NCBI GenBank assembly: GCA_945871105.1
Contig: CAMBUO010000005.1
Location: 10,217 to 74,216, forward strand
Origin: an uncultured Clostridia bacterium
GTDB taxonomy: Bacteria > Bacillota_I > Bacilli_A > RF39 > UBA660
Length of the DNA: 64,000 bases
Direction: 5' to 3'
Shown here: positions 20,366 to 29,060 of the stretch, in pieces
Layout: every line of letters starts with the position of its first letter
How positions within the stretch are numbered: the first letter of the stretch is position 1
The notes under the pieces: generated by a model
Told to the model about the DNA's origin: nothing
Seen by the model: only the letters and a program-made list of their open reading frames with translations
Databases searched by the model: none
Made by a program: the position numbers and the translations under genes

Positions 20366-21163
20366 CTAATTTAGATTATTAGCAAGTTCTACAAACACTT
20401 CTAAAGGTATTTCTTCAGCTCTTGTATTTAAATTAAAATTATATTTAGTTAATATTTCTTCTACTTTAGTTAAATCATAATTTTTTAAATTATTTTTAAT
20501 AGTTTTTCTTTTAAATTTAAAAGAATCTTTTAATAATTTATTAAATTTATCAATACTTTTTAATGCTAATAAATCTTTCTTTTTTTCTAAAGATATAACA
20601 ATACTATCAACATTAGGTTTAGGTATAAAACAATTTCTTGATACTATAAACTCTTTCTTTAAATTGAAATAATAATTTAAATAAACTGTTAAAGAGTTAT
20701 ATTCTTTCATACCAGGTTTAGCATTAAAACGTTCTCCAACTTCTTTTTGAATCATAATAACTATTTTCTTAAATGGTAAATTAGTTGCTATTATTTTCTC
20801 AATAATAGGAGTAGTTATATAATATGGTAAATTAGCTACTAAATAAAGATTATCATATTCATATTTACTAATATCTGAGTTAATATCTCTTTTTAAAAAA
20901 TCAGCAAAGATAATATTAATGTTATGATATTCTTTTAAACTATCATCTAAAACCATTTCTAATCTTTCATCTATTTCATAACATAAAACTTGTTTTGATA
21001 CTTTAGCTATTTCTTTAGTTAAATTACCACTTCCAGGACCTATTTCAATTGTTAAAGCATTATCAGTTATATTAGCACACTTAACAATATTTTCTAAAAT
21101 ATTTTTATCTTGTAAAAAATTTTGACCAAGTGATTTTTTATAATTAAAATCGTTCATATACAC
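20366..21163 (-). CDS. rsmA: 16S rRNA (adenine1518/1519-N6)-dimethyltransferase
   Basis: KKSLGQNFL, EIGPGSGNLT and NLPYYITTPI are present. Confidence 0.9.
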   Translation of the reverse strand: MYMNDFNYKKSLGQNFLQDKNILENIVKCANITDNALTIEIGPGSGNLTKEIAKVSKQVLCYEIDERLEMVLDDSLKEYHNINIIFADFLKRDINSDISKYEYDNLYLVANLPYYITTPIIEKIIATNLPFKKIVIMIQKEVGERFNAKPGMKEYNSLTVYLNYYFNLKKEFIVSRNCFIPKPNVDSIVISLEKKKDLLALKSIDKFNKLLKDSFKFKRKTIKNNLKNYDLTKVEEILTKYNFNLNTRAEEIPLEVFVELANNLN

Positions 21164-21250
21164 CTCAATTAAATATATTAGTATTATAACTTATATAGTA
21201 AAAAAATACAATTCTCTTCTTTTTTTAAAAAACTATAGTATAATATAAGT

Positions 21251-22051
21251 ATGAAGAAAGAAATTTATATTTTAATTATTTTTATCGTTTTAATTATTAC
21301 TTTTAGTTTATTAACTTTAACTAAAAATAGTAGTAATAAAAAAGATATTAATCCTTATCAAGAATTTAGTTTTTATAAAGAAACTAATTTAGAAAGATAT
21401 AAAAAATATTATGAAAATAATAATTATTCTTATCATGATATTGTTTTAAGAGTTAATATGAATCTTGATTATAGTTTTTATACCCATACTAAGGAAGTAG
21501 ATAGTTTTAATTTATTAATGCTTGTTAATAAATATAATTATGTTTCTAAGAATTTTAAACCTGATTTAGTAGAAGTTAAAGAATATGCTATTAATGGTAT
21601 GTATTTAACAAATGAATGTATGTTATCTTTTGTGAAAATGGCTGATGATGCTAAAAAACAAGGATATAATATTCGAGCTATTTCTACTTATCGAACTTAT
21701 GAATATCAAGATATGTTATATAATAATTATTCATTTAGAGATGGTGTTAATAAAGCCGATACTTATTCCGCAAGACCCGGTTTTTCTGAACATCATACAG
21801 GATTAGCACTTGATATAGATAATATAAAAACTAGTTATACAGATTTTGATAAAACTAAAGAATTTATTTGGATGCAAGAAAATGCTTACAAATATGGTTT
21901 TATTTTAAGATATCCAGAGGATAAAGAAGATATTACAGGATACATATATGAACCATGGCATTACCGATATGTTGGAATAGAAGTAGCAAAGTTTATTAAA
22001 GAAAAAAATATTACATTTGAAGAATATTATTATGAATATTCAAATAAATAA
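21251..22051 (+). CDS. M15 (VanY-type) D-alanyl-D-alanine carboxypeptidase, membrane-anchored
   Basis: An N-terminal TM segment is followed by SEHHTGLALDI and EPWHYRYVG. Confidence 0.8.
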   Translation: MKKEIYILIIFIVLIITFSLLTLTKNSSNKKDINPYQEFSFYKETNLERYKKYYENNNYSYHDIVLRVNMNLDYSFYTHTKEVDSFNLLMLVNKYNYVSKNFKPDLVEVKEYAINGMYLTNECMLSFVKMADDAKKQGYNIRAISTYRTYEYQDMLYNNYSFRDGVNKADTYSARPGFSEHHTGLALDIDNIKTSYTDFDKTKEFIWMQENAYKYGFILRYPEDKEDITGYIYEPWHYRYVGIEVAKFIKEKNITFEEYYYEYSNK

Positions 22052-22071
22052 AAATGAAATAAATTTTAAAA

Positions 22072-22512
22072 TTATTTCATTTTTTTCATTTTTTCTTCAT
22101 TTACTAAATTAATCCAATTATTCTTAATTGTTTCTAATGCTTCTTTTTCTAATCCCTGATCTTTAAATTCAATGGTTAACTTATTTTGATGAACTTCTTT
22201 TAAAACCATTGCTAAAAAGTAATTATCAGGATAAGCTAAATTAGTATTTTGATATATACTAATTGAAACAATAGGACTAGTTAAATAATAATTTTTAAGT
22301 TCTTCATATAATTGAATATAAAAAGTTCCTAAATCTTCTTTATTTATTTTTAAATCAACTTTTTTTAAAGAAAGACCATTATTAGTTTTTATAAAGATAA
22401 AAACATGATTTTCAATTATATCAAAAGTAATATCTATGTTTTTATTATTACTATTTAAAAAAGATTCATTTAATTCATGGATAATTCTATTTAACATTTG
22501 ATCTACTACCAT
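22072..22512 (-). CDS. Hypothetical protein
   Basis: A 146-aa ORF with a GGAG RBS, downstream of the ABC permease gene. No motif was recognised. Confidence 0.35.
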   Translation of the reverse strand: MVVDQMLNRIIHELNESFLNSNNKNIDITFDIIENHVFIFIKTNNGLSLKKVDLKINKEDLGTFYIQLYEELKNYYLTSPIVSISIYQNTNLAYPDNYFLAMVLKEVHQNKLTIEFKDQGLEKEALETIKNNWINLVNEEKMKKMK

Positions 22513-22554
22513 AACAACTCCTTTTCTATATTATAAAGGTTGTTTTTAAAAATA

Positions 22555-23346
22555 TCAATAGTCTATTTTCTTTTCAAAATAATTAATTAAGTAATAAAGA
22601 ATACTAGAAATAATAGCTAAGATAAAAATAGAAGTAATTACTAAATTTATATTAAATACTTGAGAACCATACATAATTAAATAACCAAGACCAGATTTTG
22701 ATACTAATAATTCTCCCATGATAACACCTATTAAATTCATACTAACATTAATTTTCATAGTACTTAGAATATTTTTTAAATTAGATTTTAAAACTACTTT
22801 TTGATATATTTGATATTTAGTTGCCTTAAAACTTTTTAAAAGCATGATATAGTTTTTATCAGTACTTATAAAACTAGTATAAAGGTTAATGATTGTTATA
22901 AAAGTAGAAATCATTAAACTCATGAATATTATAGAATTAGAACTAGCTCCAACCCAGATAATTATTAAAGGACCAAGAGCTACTTTTGGTAAAGAATTTA
23001 AAATAGTTAAATAAGGATCAACTACTTTGGCTATAAAATTATTCCACCAAAGGATAGTTGCTATTAAAAAACCAATTATAAATGATAGTATGAAACTAAT
23101 TAATATTTCTTTTGAAGTAACTAAGATATGATTTAGAAAGTTATTAGTATTAATTAAATTAGTAATAGTTTTAAAAATATTACTTGGAGAAGAAAAAAGA
23201 AAAGTGTTAATAATATGTAATCTACTTAAGATTTCCCAAATTAAAAAGAAAATTATAATAATTGATAATTGAGTTAAGTAAACTAGACATTTTTTTCTTT
23301 TAATTTTTTTTAAAAATAATTCATGCTCTTTACTGTATATTGACAT
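22555..23346 (-). CDS. ABC transporter permease (NitT/TauT-like)
   Basis: A six-TM-like profile with an EAA-loop-like region. It overlaps the upstream ATPase gene. Confidence 0.7.
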   Translation of the reverse strand: MSIYSKEHELFLKKIKRKKCLVYLTQLSIIIIFFLIWEILSRLHIINTFLFSSPSNIFKTITNLINTNNFLNHILVTSKEILISFILSFIIGFLIATILWWNNFIAKVVDPYLTILNSLPKVALGPLIIIWVGASSNSIIFMSLMISTFITIINLYTSFISTDKNYIMLLKSFKATKYQIYQKVVLKSNLKNILSTMKINVSMNLIGVIMGELLVSKSGLGYLIMYGSQVFNINLVITSIFILAIISSILYYLINYFEKKIDY

Positions 23347-24082
23347 CTAAATCCCTCCAAATCTTATCGTAATAATAACTAAATTCAGGTGCTTTACGAT
23401 TTTCTATAGGATATCCTTTATTAGTTAAGTTGACATTGTAAATGTTTTTTATTTGACATGGTCTTTTTGTCAAAACAATAATTCGATCAGCCATAGAGAT
23501 AGCTTCAGCAATATCATGAGTAATCATTAAAACAGTTTTATTTTCTTCTTTTATAATTCGATATAAATCATCTGATAAAGCTAGTCTAGTTTGATAATCA
23601 AGTGCACTATAAGGTTCATCTAAAAGTAGAATATCAGGATTGGTAGCAAGTGTTCTAATTAAAGCAACTCTTTGTTTCATTCCTCCAGATAAACTACGAG
23701 GATATTTATCTTTAAAATCATTAAGACCATATTTATCCAATAATTTATGTACTTTTTTTATATTTTCTTTAGTTAATTTTTTTTCTATTTCTAAACCAAT
23801 TAAACTATTTTCTAAAACAGTTAACCAAGGATATAATGAATCACTTTGCAACATAAAACCAATTTTTTTTCTTCCATTAAAAAGAATAGAACCATTACTT
23901 TCTTTTTCTAACCCAGCAAGTATGCCTAAAAGAGTGGATTTACCACATCCACTTGGACCAACTAAAGCAACAATTTCTTTATCTTTAATATCTATATTTA
24001 AATCACGAATAGCCACTGTTTCTCCTTGAATATCATGATAAGTTTTACTTAAATTTCTAATTGATAAGATATTATCTTGCAT
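23330..24082 (-). CDS. ABC transporter ATP-binding protein (NitT/TauT-like)
   Basis: Walker A GPSGCGKST, signature LSGGMKQR and Walker B ILLLDEP are present. Confidence 0.85.
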   Translation of the reverse strand: MQDNILSIRNLSKTYHDIQGETVAIRDLNIDIKDKEIVALVGPSGCGKSTLLGILAGLEKESNGSILFNGRKKIGFMLQSDSLYPWLTVLENSLIGLEIEKKLTKENIKKVHKLLDKYGLNDFKDKYPRSLSGGMKQRVALIRTLATNPDILLLDEPYSALDYQTRLALSDDLYRIIKEENKTVLMITHDIAEAISMADRIIVLTKRPCQIKNIYNVNLTNKGYPIENRKAPEFSYYYDKIWRDLDVNIQ

Positions 24083-24242
24083 AATACACCACCTAAAGTA
24101 ATTTATGAAATAATTAAAAATAAGGGTAGGTATTTATACAATTTTGGAAATATTTATAATATTTATTTTGTTTTGTGCTATAATGTACAAGTATATATTT
24201 AAAATACATATATATATTATGATTAAGAATTAAGGTGTTATT

Positions 24243-26708
24243 ATGAAAATTTTAGAAAATATAAAGGGATTAACTGATGAAGAAGTAATTTTATCAAGAG
24301 AAAGTAATGGTTCTAATGAATTAATTAAAAAGAAAAAAGAACCTTTAATATTAAAAATACTTAGTATATTTCAAGAACCTATGTTTTTATTATTAATAAT
24401 TGCTGCTAGTGTTTATTTTATTGTAGGTGAATATGGCGATGGCATAATTATGCTTGTTTTTGTCGTGGCTGTTTGTTTTATTGAATTTATTCAAGAAGCA
24501 AAAACTGATAAAGCTTTAGAAGAATTAAATAAATTATCTTCTTTAAATGTTAATGTGATTAGAAATGGAAAAAGAATGGTTGTTTCTAGTGAAGAAATAG
24601 TGGTAGGTGATAAAGTAATTTTAGAAGAAGGAGATAAAGTACCAGCTGATGGAAAAGTATTATATGCTCAAAGTTTAGGGATTAATGAATCATCTTTAAC
24701 TGGGGAATCAGAAGTAGTTTATAAAACTATAGAAGAAGATAAAGATAATCATTTTAAATTAAATATATGTTATTCCGGAACAGATGTAACTAATGGCATG
24801 GGGATAATTGAAATAATTGCTGTTGGTAATAAAACTGAATTAGGAAAAATCGGAACGTCTCTATCTTCAGTTAAAAAAGAAAAAACACCTTTAGAACGTC
24901 AAGTTAATAAATTAATCTTTGCTTGTACTATCATTAGTGCAATTATTTTTCTTTTAACTATTATAATTACTTATTTAAATCATCCTGAATTAGTATTTTC
25001 TAAAAAAATAGTTGAAGCAATTTTAGCAGGTATTACGATAGCTATGGCAACTATTCCGGAAGAAATACCGGTTATTTTAACTGTATTTTTAGCTATGGGT
25101 GCATGGGAATTAACTAGAGAAAAAACTTTAACTAGAAACATGAAAGCCATTGAAACTTTAGGAGCAGTTAATGTTTTATGTACGGATAAAACGGGAACTT
25201 TAACCGAAAATAAAATGGAAGTCCAAGATGTTTATGCTTTTACTCCAAGTTTTTTAGAAACATTATACTTAGCTTGTCCAAAAGTTGCTTATGATCCAAT
25301 GGAAATAGCTATTAAAGATTATTGCGAAGATAAACAGAAATTAAATACAGAAGGGATTATTACCAAAGAATTTGCCTTTACTTCCGAAACAAAAATGATG
25401 GGACAAGTATGGGATAATCACTTATTATGTGTAAAAGGTGCTTATGAAAGTGTTTTACCACTTTGTAATTTAAGTGAAGAAGATTATAAAAGTATTGAAG
25501 ATAAAATAATGGAATTTTCCAAAGAAGGTTTTCGTGTATTAGCAGTGGCTAGGGGAACTGATTTAATAGAAATTCCTAATAGTTTATATGAAGCTAAATT
25601 ATCCTTTGAAGGTTTAGTTGCTTTATATGATCCTCCTCGTTATGGTGTTAAAACGTCTTTAGAAAAATGTTATTCAGCTGGAATTAGAGTTATTATGATT
25701 ACTGGTGATAATGGGGAAACAGCTAAAGGAATTGCGAAAAAAATTAATCTTGAAAATTATGATGAAGTAATTACGGGGGCTGAATTAGAAGCAATGAGTG
25801 ATGAAGAATTATTTGAAAAAGTAAAAACAGTTAATATCTTCGCCAGAGTTTATCCAAATCATAAAATGCGAATAGTTAATGCTTTACAAAAAAATAAGCA
25901 AATAGTAGCTATGACAGGTGATGGTGTAAACGATGCCCCGGCCTTAAAAAAAGCCAATGTAGGAATTGCTATGGGGCAAAGAGGAACTAATGTAGCTAAA
26001 GAATCAGCTGATTTAATTCTATTAGATGATAATTTTAATACAATTATTAAAGCTATTGAAAATGGTCGTAATATCTATATTAATATTAGAAAAGCTATAT
26101 CATACGTAATAGCAATTCATATTCCAATAGCTCTTCTATCTTTATTTGTTCCTATATTTAAACTTCCAACTTTATTATTACCAATTCATGTTATGTTACT
26201 AGAATTATTAATTGATCCAACTTCATCAATTATATTCCAAAGAATAAAACCAACAAATGATATTATGAAAGATAAACCAAGAAAAATAGAAGAACCAATT
26301 TTAAATTTAAAAAATACTATCTTAAGCATATTACAAGGATTATTAATATTTAGTATTGTCTTTTTAACATATTACTATTTGATTAAAAATAATCTAAATA
26401 CAAATATTTCTATTACTATTTCTTATTCTATTCTCGTTTTATCAATTATGTTAATTGCTCATCAATTAAAAAATGATAAATCAACTTTAACTAATTTAAT
26501 TACTAGTTTTAAAGATAAAGTATCTATTATAGTTAATTTTGGTATTATTATTGGTTTATTACTTTATATATATTTACCATTTTTTAATAAAGTAGCTAAT
26601 ACTTATCCCTTAGCATTTAAATATTGGTTATATATAATAATACTTACTTTATTAGCAGTATTACCATTTGATATTTTAAAACTAAGAAAAAGAAAACATG
26701 TCAAGTAA
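24243..26708 (+). CDS. Cation-transporting P-type ATPase (Ca2+-ATPase-like, P2 type)
   Basis: It carries the phosphorylation motif CTDKTGTLTEN, the TGES motif, MITGDN and the hinge MTGDGVNDAPALK. Confidence 0.85.
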   Translation: MKILENIKGLTDEEVILSRESNGSNELIKKKKEPLILKILSIFQEPMFLLLIIAASVYFIVGEYGDGIIMLVFVVAVCFIEFIQEAKTDKALEELNKLSSLNVNVIRNGKRMVVSSEEIVVGDKVILEEGDKVPADGKVLYAQSLGINESSLTGESEVVYKTIEEDKDNHFKLNICYSGTDVTNGMGIIEIIAVGNKTELGKIGTSLSSVKKEKTPLERQVNKLIFACTIISAIIFLLTIIITYLNHPELVFSKKIVEAILAGITIAMATIPEEIPVILTVFLAMGAWELTREKTLTRNMKAIETLGAVNVLCTDKTGTLTENKMEVQDVYAFTPSFLETLYLACPKVAYDPMEIAIKDYCEDKQKLNTEGIITKEFAFTSETKMMGQVWDNHLLCVKGAYESVLPLCNLSEEDYKSIEDKIMEFSKEGFRVLAVARGTDLIEIPNSLYEAKLSFEGLVALYDPPRYGVKTSLEKCYSAGIRVIMITGDNGETAKGIAKKINLENYDEVITGAELEAMSDEELFEKVKTVNIFARVYPNHKMRIVNALQKNKQIVAMTGDGVNDAPALKKANVGIAMGQRGTNVAKESADLILLDDNFNTIIKAIENGRNIYINIRKAISYVIAIHIPIALLSLFVPIFKLPTLLLPIHVMLLELLIDPTSSIIFQRIKPTNDIMKDKPRKIEEPILNLKNTILSILQGLLIFSIVFLTYYYLIKNNLNTNISITISYSILVLSIMLIAHQLKNDKSTLTNLITSFKDKVSIIVNFGIIIGLLLYIYLPFFNKVANTYPLAFKYWLYIIILTLLAVLPFDILKLRKRKHVK

Positions 26709-26780
26709 AAAATCTTATTTTAAATTTATTTACAAATATATAAAACTTTGTTAGAATTTATTTAGAATAAAGAGGTAAGT

Positions 26781-28442
26781 ATGAAAATAGAATTTGATTC
26801 TAATTTTAATAAATTTAGTTTTCAAGAAAAGTTAAATTATTTAGAACAATTACTTAATCAATATCCCTTAAATGTCATTGTAACTAATTTAATTTATCAT
26901 GATAATGATATTATCGAAGTATTTGATTTAATAAATAAGTTAAAACAAACAAAAATATTTAAAAATAAATATCGACTTAAAAATCCTGAGTTATTATCTT
27001 TAATAATAAATACTTTAATATTACAAAATAAAAATAAAGAATTATATGAATATTTATCGAAAAAAGATAAAATAACTTTAGATAAAATTATTAATTATGA
27101 AATTAAACATAATACATCTTTTTCTAAAACAAAAATGTGTCGTAGTTTTTTAAATAAAGAAACTAATAATAAAAAAGTTTTAAATTATGATGATTCAAGT
27201 AGTAAAAAAGTTAATAAAACTAAAAAAATATTAAATAAAGAAATTAAAAGTAAAAAAGTTAAATTAGGTATTGGAACAATTATACTTATTGTTGTATTTA
27301 CCTGTTGTTATCTTTTAGTTGGATCTATGTATGCAATTATATTTTACTATAATAATCATATTTATCCTCGTACTTATTTAGATAATAAATTAATCGAAGG
27401 AAATAGTTATGAAGAAGTTAATAATTATTTAAAAACTATAGATGATGGTTTAACTAAAGAAATACACTTTAATAATACAAATGATTCTTATACTTATACC
27501 TATGAACAAACTGGTTTATCTGTAAATACTAAAAATGTTAAAGAAGAATTAACTAAATATAAGAAATTAAATGGTTTTAAAAAAATATATGAAATATTTT
27601 TTAAAAAAGAAACTAAATTAGTTATTAATTATCAATTTGATGAATCAAGATATCAAGTATTTTTAACAGAATTACAAAGTAAAACAGAAGTTGAACCAAC
27701 TTTAGAAAGTTTGCAAATTATTAATGGTAATATTAATTATAAGAAAGGTTTAGATGGTTTTAAACTTGATACAAGTAATTTAAAAGAATTAATTATTCAA
27801 AGTTTACAAAATGATAATCAAGATATTACTTTAGAAGGTGATGTAGTTAAAACGGATAATCGATTAAATGTTATTAATTCTAAAGTTTCGAGTTTTACAA
27901 CAGAGTATTTAGAATATCAAAGAAGAAGTATTAATATTAGACAAGCTGTTAAACGTTTAAATGGAAAAATTGTTTATCCAAATGAGATATTTTCCTTTTA
28001 TAAAACAGTTGGACCTTATGGTTATCCTAATGGTTATGTATTTTATGGAGAATATGTTGGTAGTGGGGTATGTCAAGTCTCAACAACTATTTACAATGCT
28101 GCTTTACTTCTTAATTTACCAATAGTAGAAAGATTAAATCATGGAGCTATGGTTCCTTATGTTGATTATGGAATGGATGCTACTGTTTATAGTAATACGA
28201 CCGATTTTCGTTTTAAAAATAATAGTAAATATCCCATTTATATAGAAGCTAGTGCTGATAATGGCAAATTAATTGTTAATTTTTGGTCGAATGAAAATAT
28301 AATTGAAAAAGGATATCGTTATCAACCAAGAAGTGTTAAAATAGGAAATCTTGCTTATAAAACTTATTTAGATACTTATTATAATGATGAATTAATCAAA
28401 ACTACTTACTTAAATTCAAGTTATTATTATAAAGGAAAATAG
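26781..28442 (+). CDS. VanW-family protein with a long N-terminal cytoplasmic extension and one TM segment
   Basis: The C-terminal part has VanW-type segments FSFYKTVGP and GVCQVSTTIYNAALL. A TM helix lies at about residue 175. Confidence 0.7.
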   Translation: MKIEFDSNFNKFSFQEKLNYLEQLLNQYPLNVIVTNLIYHDNDIIEVFDLINKLKQTKIFKNKYRLKNPELLSLIINTLILQNKNKELYEYLSKKDKITLDKIINYEIKHNTSFSKTKMCRSFLNKETNNKKVLNYDDSSSKKVNKTKKILNKEIKSKKVKLGIGTIILIVVFTCCYLLVGSMYAIIFYYNNHIYPRTYLDNKLIEGNSYEEVNNYLKTIDDGLTKEIHFNNTNDSYTYTYEQTGLSVNTKNVKEELTKYKKLNGFKKIYEIFFKKETKLVINYQFDESRYQVFLTELQSKTEVEPTLESLQIINGNINYKKGLDGFKLDTSNLKELIIQSLQNDNQDITLEGDVVKTDNRLNVINSKVSSFTTEYLEYQRRSINIRQAVKRLNGKIVYPNEIFSFYKTVGPYGYPNGYVFYGEYVGSGVCQVSTTIYNAALLLNLPIVERLNHGAMVPYVDYGMDATVYSNTTDFRFKNNSKYPIYIEASADNGKLIVNFWSNENIIEKGYRYQPRSVKIGNLAYKTYLDTYYNDELIKTTYLNSSYYYKGK

Positions 28443-28444
28443 AT

Positions 28445-28648
28445 ATGGAAGAAAATAAAAATTTAAAATTAGAAATAGAAGTATTAAAAAAAAGAGTAAC
28501 AGCATTAGAAAATAAAGAAAGAAGAAGAAAAATAGTAGGACTTATAAAAGCAATTATAACTATTATTTTAATTATTTTTGTTGCATTAAAACTATATGAA
28601 TATTATCAAAAAATAATAGATGTTTATAATTCTTTTAACTTTTTTTAA
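28445..28648 (+). CDS. Small coiled-coil/TM protein
   Basis: A 67-aa ORF starting 3 nt after the VanW stop. A charged coiled-coil N-terminus is followed by one TM helix. Confidence 0.4.
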   Translation: MEENKNLKLEIEVLKKRVTALENKERRRKIVGLIKAIITIILIIFVALKLYEYYQKIIDVYNSFNFF

Positions 28649-28675
28649 ATTTCATCATAATTTCATATTACTATC

Positions 28676-28966
28676 ATGATAATTACATATAAAAAAACTA
28701 TAATTATAAATGAAAGGAGGGATAATATCGAGATAAAAATAATTGGAGCTGATACCCCTGAAGGTACAAAAATTAAAAAAGATTTAAAAAGAATTGCTAA
28801 AAAACAAAAATTAGATATTTCTATATTAGAGATGAATGATAAAAATAATATAAGAAAATATAAAGTACTACAAACTCCTACCTTAATTATAAATGATGAA
28901 TATAAATGTAACTATGAAAAATTTGATTATAGTCTTTTAAAACGGTTAGTTATGTTTTATTCATAG
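28676..28966 (+). CDS. Thioredoxin-fold (MTH895-like) protein lacking the CxxC pair
   Basis: IEIKIIGADTPEG...VLQTPTLIINDE is collinear with small redox-active disulfide proteins, but GxGCxxC is replaced by GADTPEG. The AGGAGG RBS lies inside the annotated ORF, so the true start is uncertain. Confidence 0.45.
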   Translation: MIITYKKTIIINERRDNIEIKIIGADTPEGTKIKKDLKRIAKKQKLDISILEMNDKNNIRKYKVLQTPTLIINDEYKCNYEKFDYSLLKRLVMFYS

Positions 28967-28993
28967 AAACTTGGATTTTTTCCAAGTTTTTTT
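28967..28993 (+). terminator. Rho-independent terminator
   Basis: The stem AAACTTGGA / TCCAAGTTT has a TTTTT loop and is followed by a T-run. Confidence 0.75.
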
Positions 28994-29060
28994 ATCTAAA
29001 AGTGTCAATTAACTTTAAAACTAAATATAAATTTAATAAAATAATTCCTAGGAGGTACTT

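Noticed and set aside
23640-24029. 129-aa ORF antisense to the ABC ATPase gene. The same applies to other antisense or out-of-frame ORFs: 12646..12843, 16385..16591, 29356..29598, 36522..36791, 39228..39410, 46900..47094, 48025..48207, 48268..48474, 49109..49384, 51015..51218, 51149..51352, 54388..54588 and 63179..63364.
   Set aside because: All are embedded in strongly supported genes, on the opposite strand or in another frame. They have low-complexity products and no RBS, which is typical of chance ORFs in AT-rich DNA.
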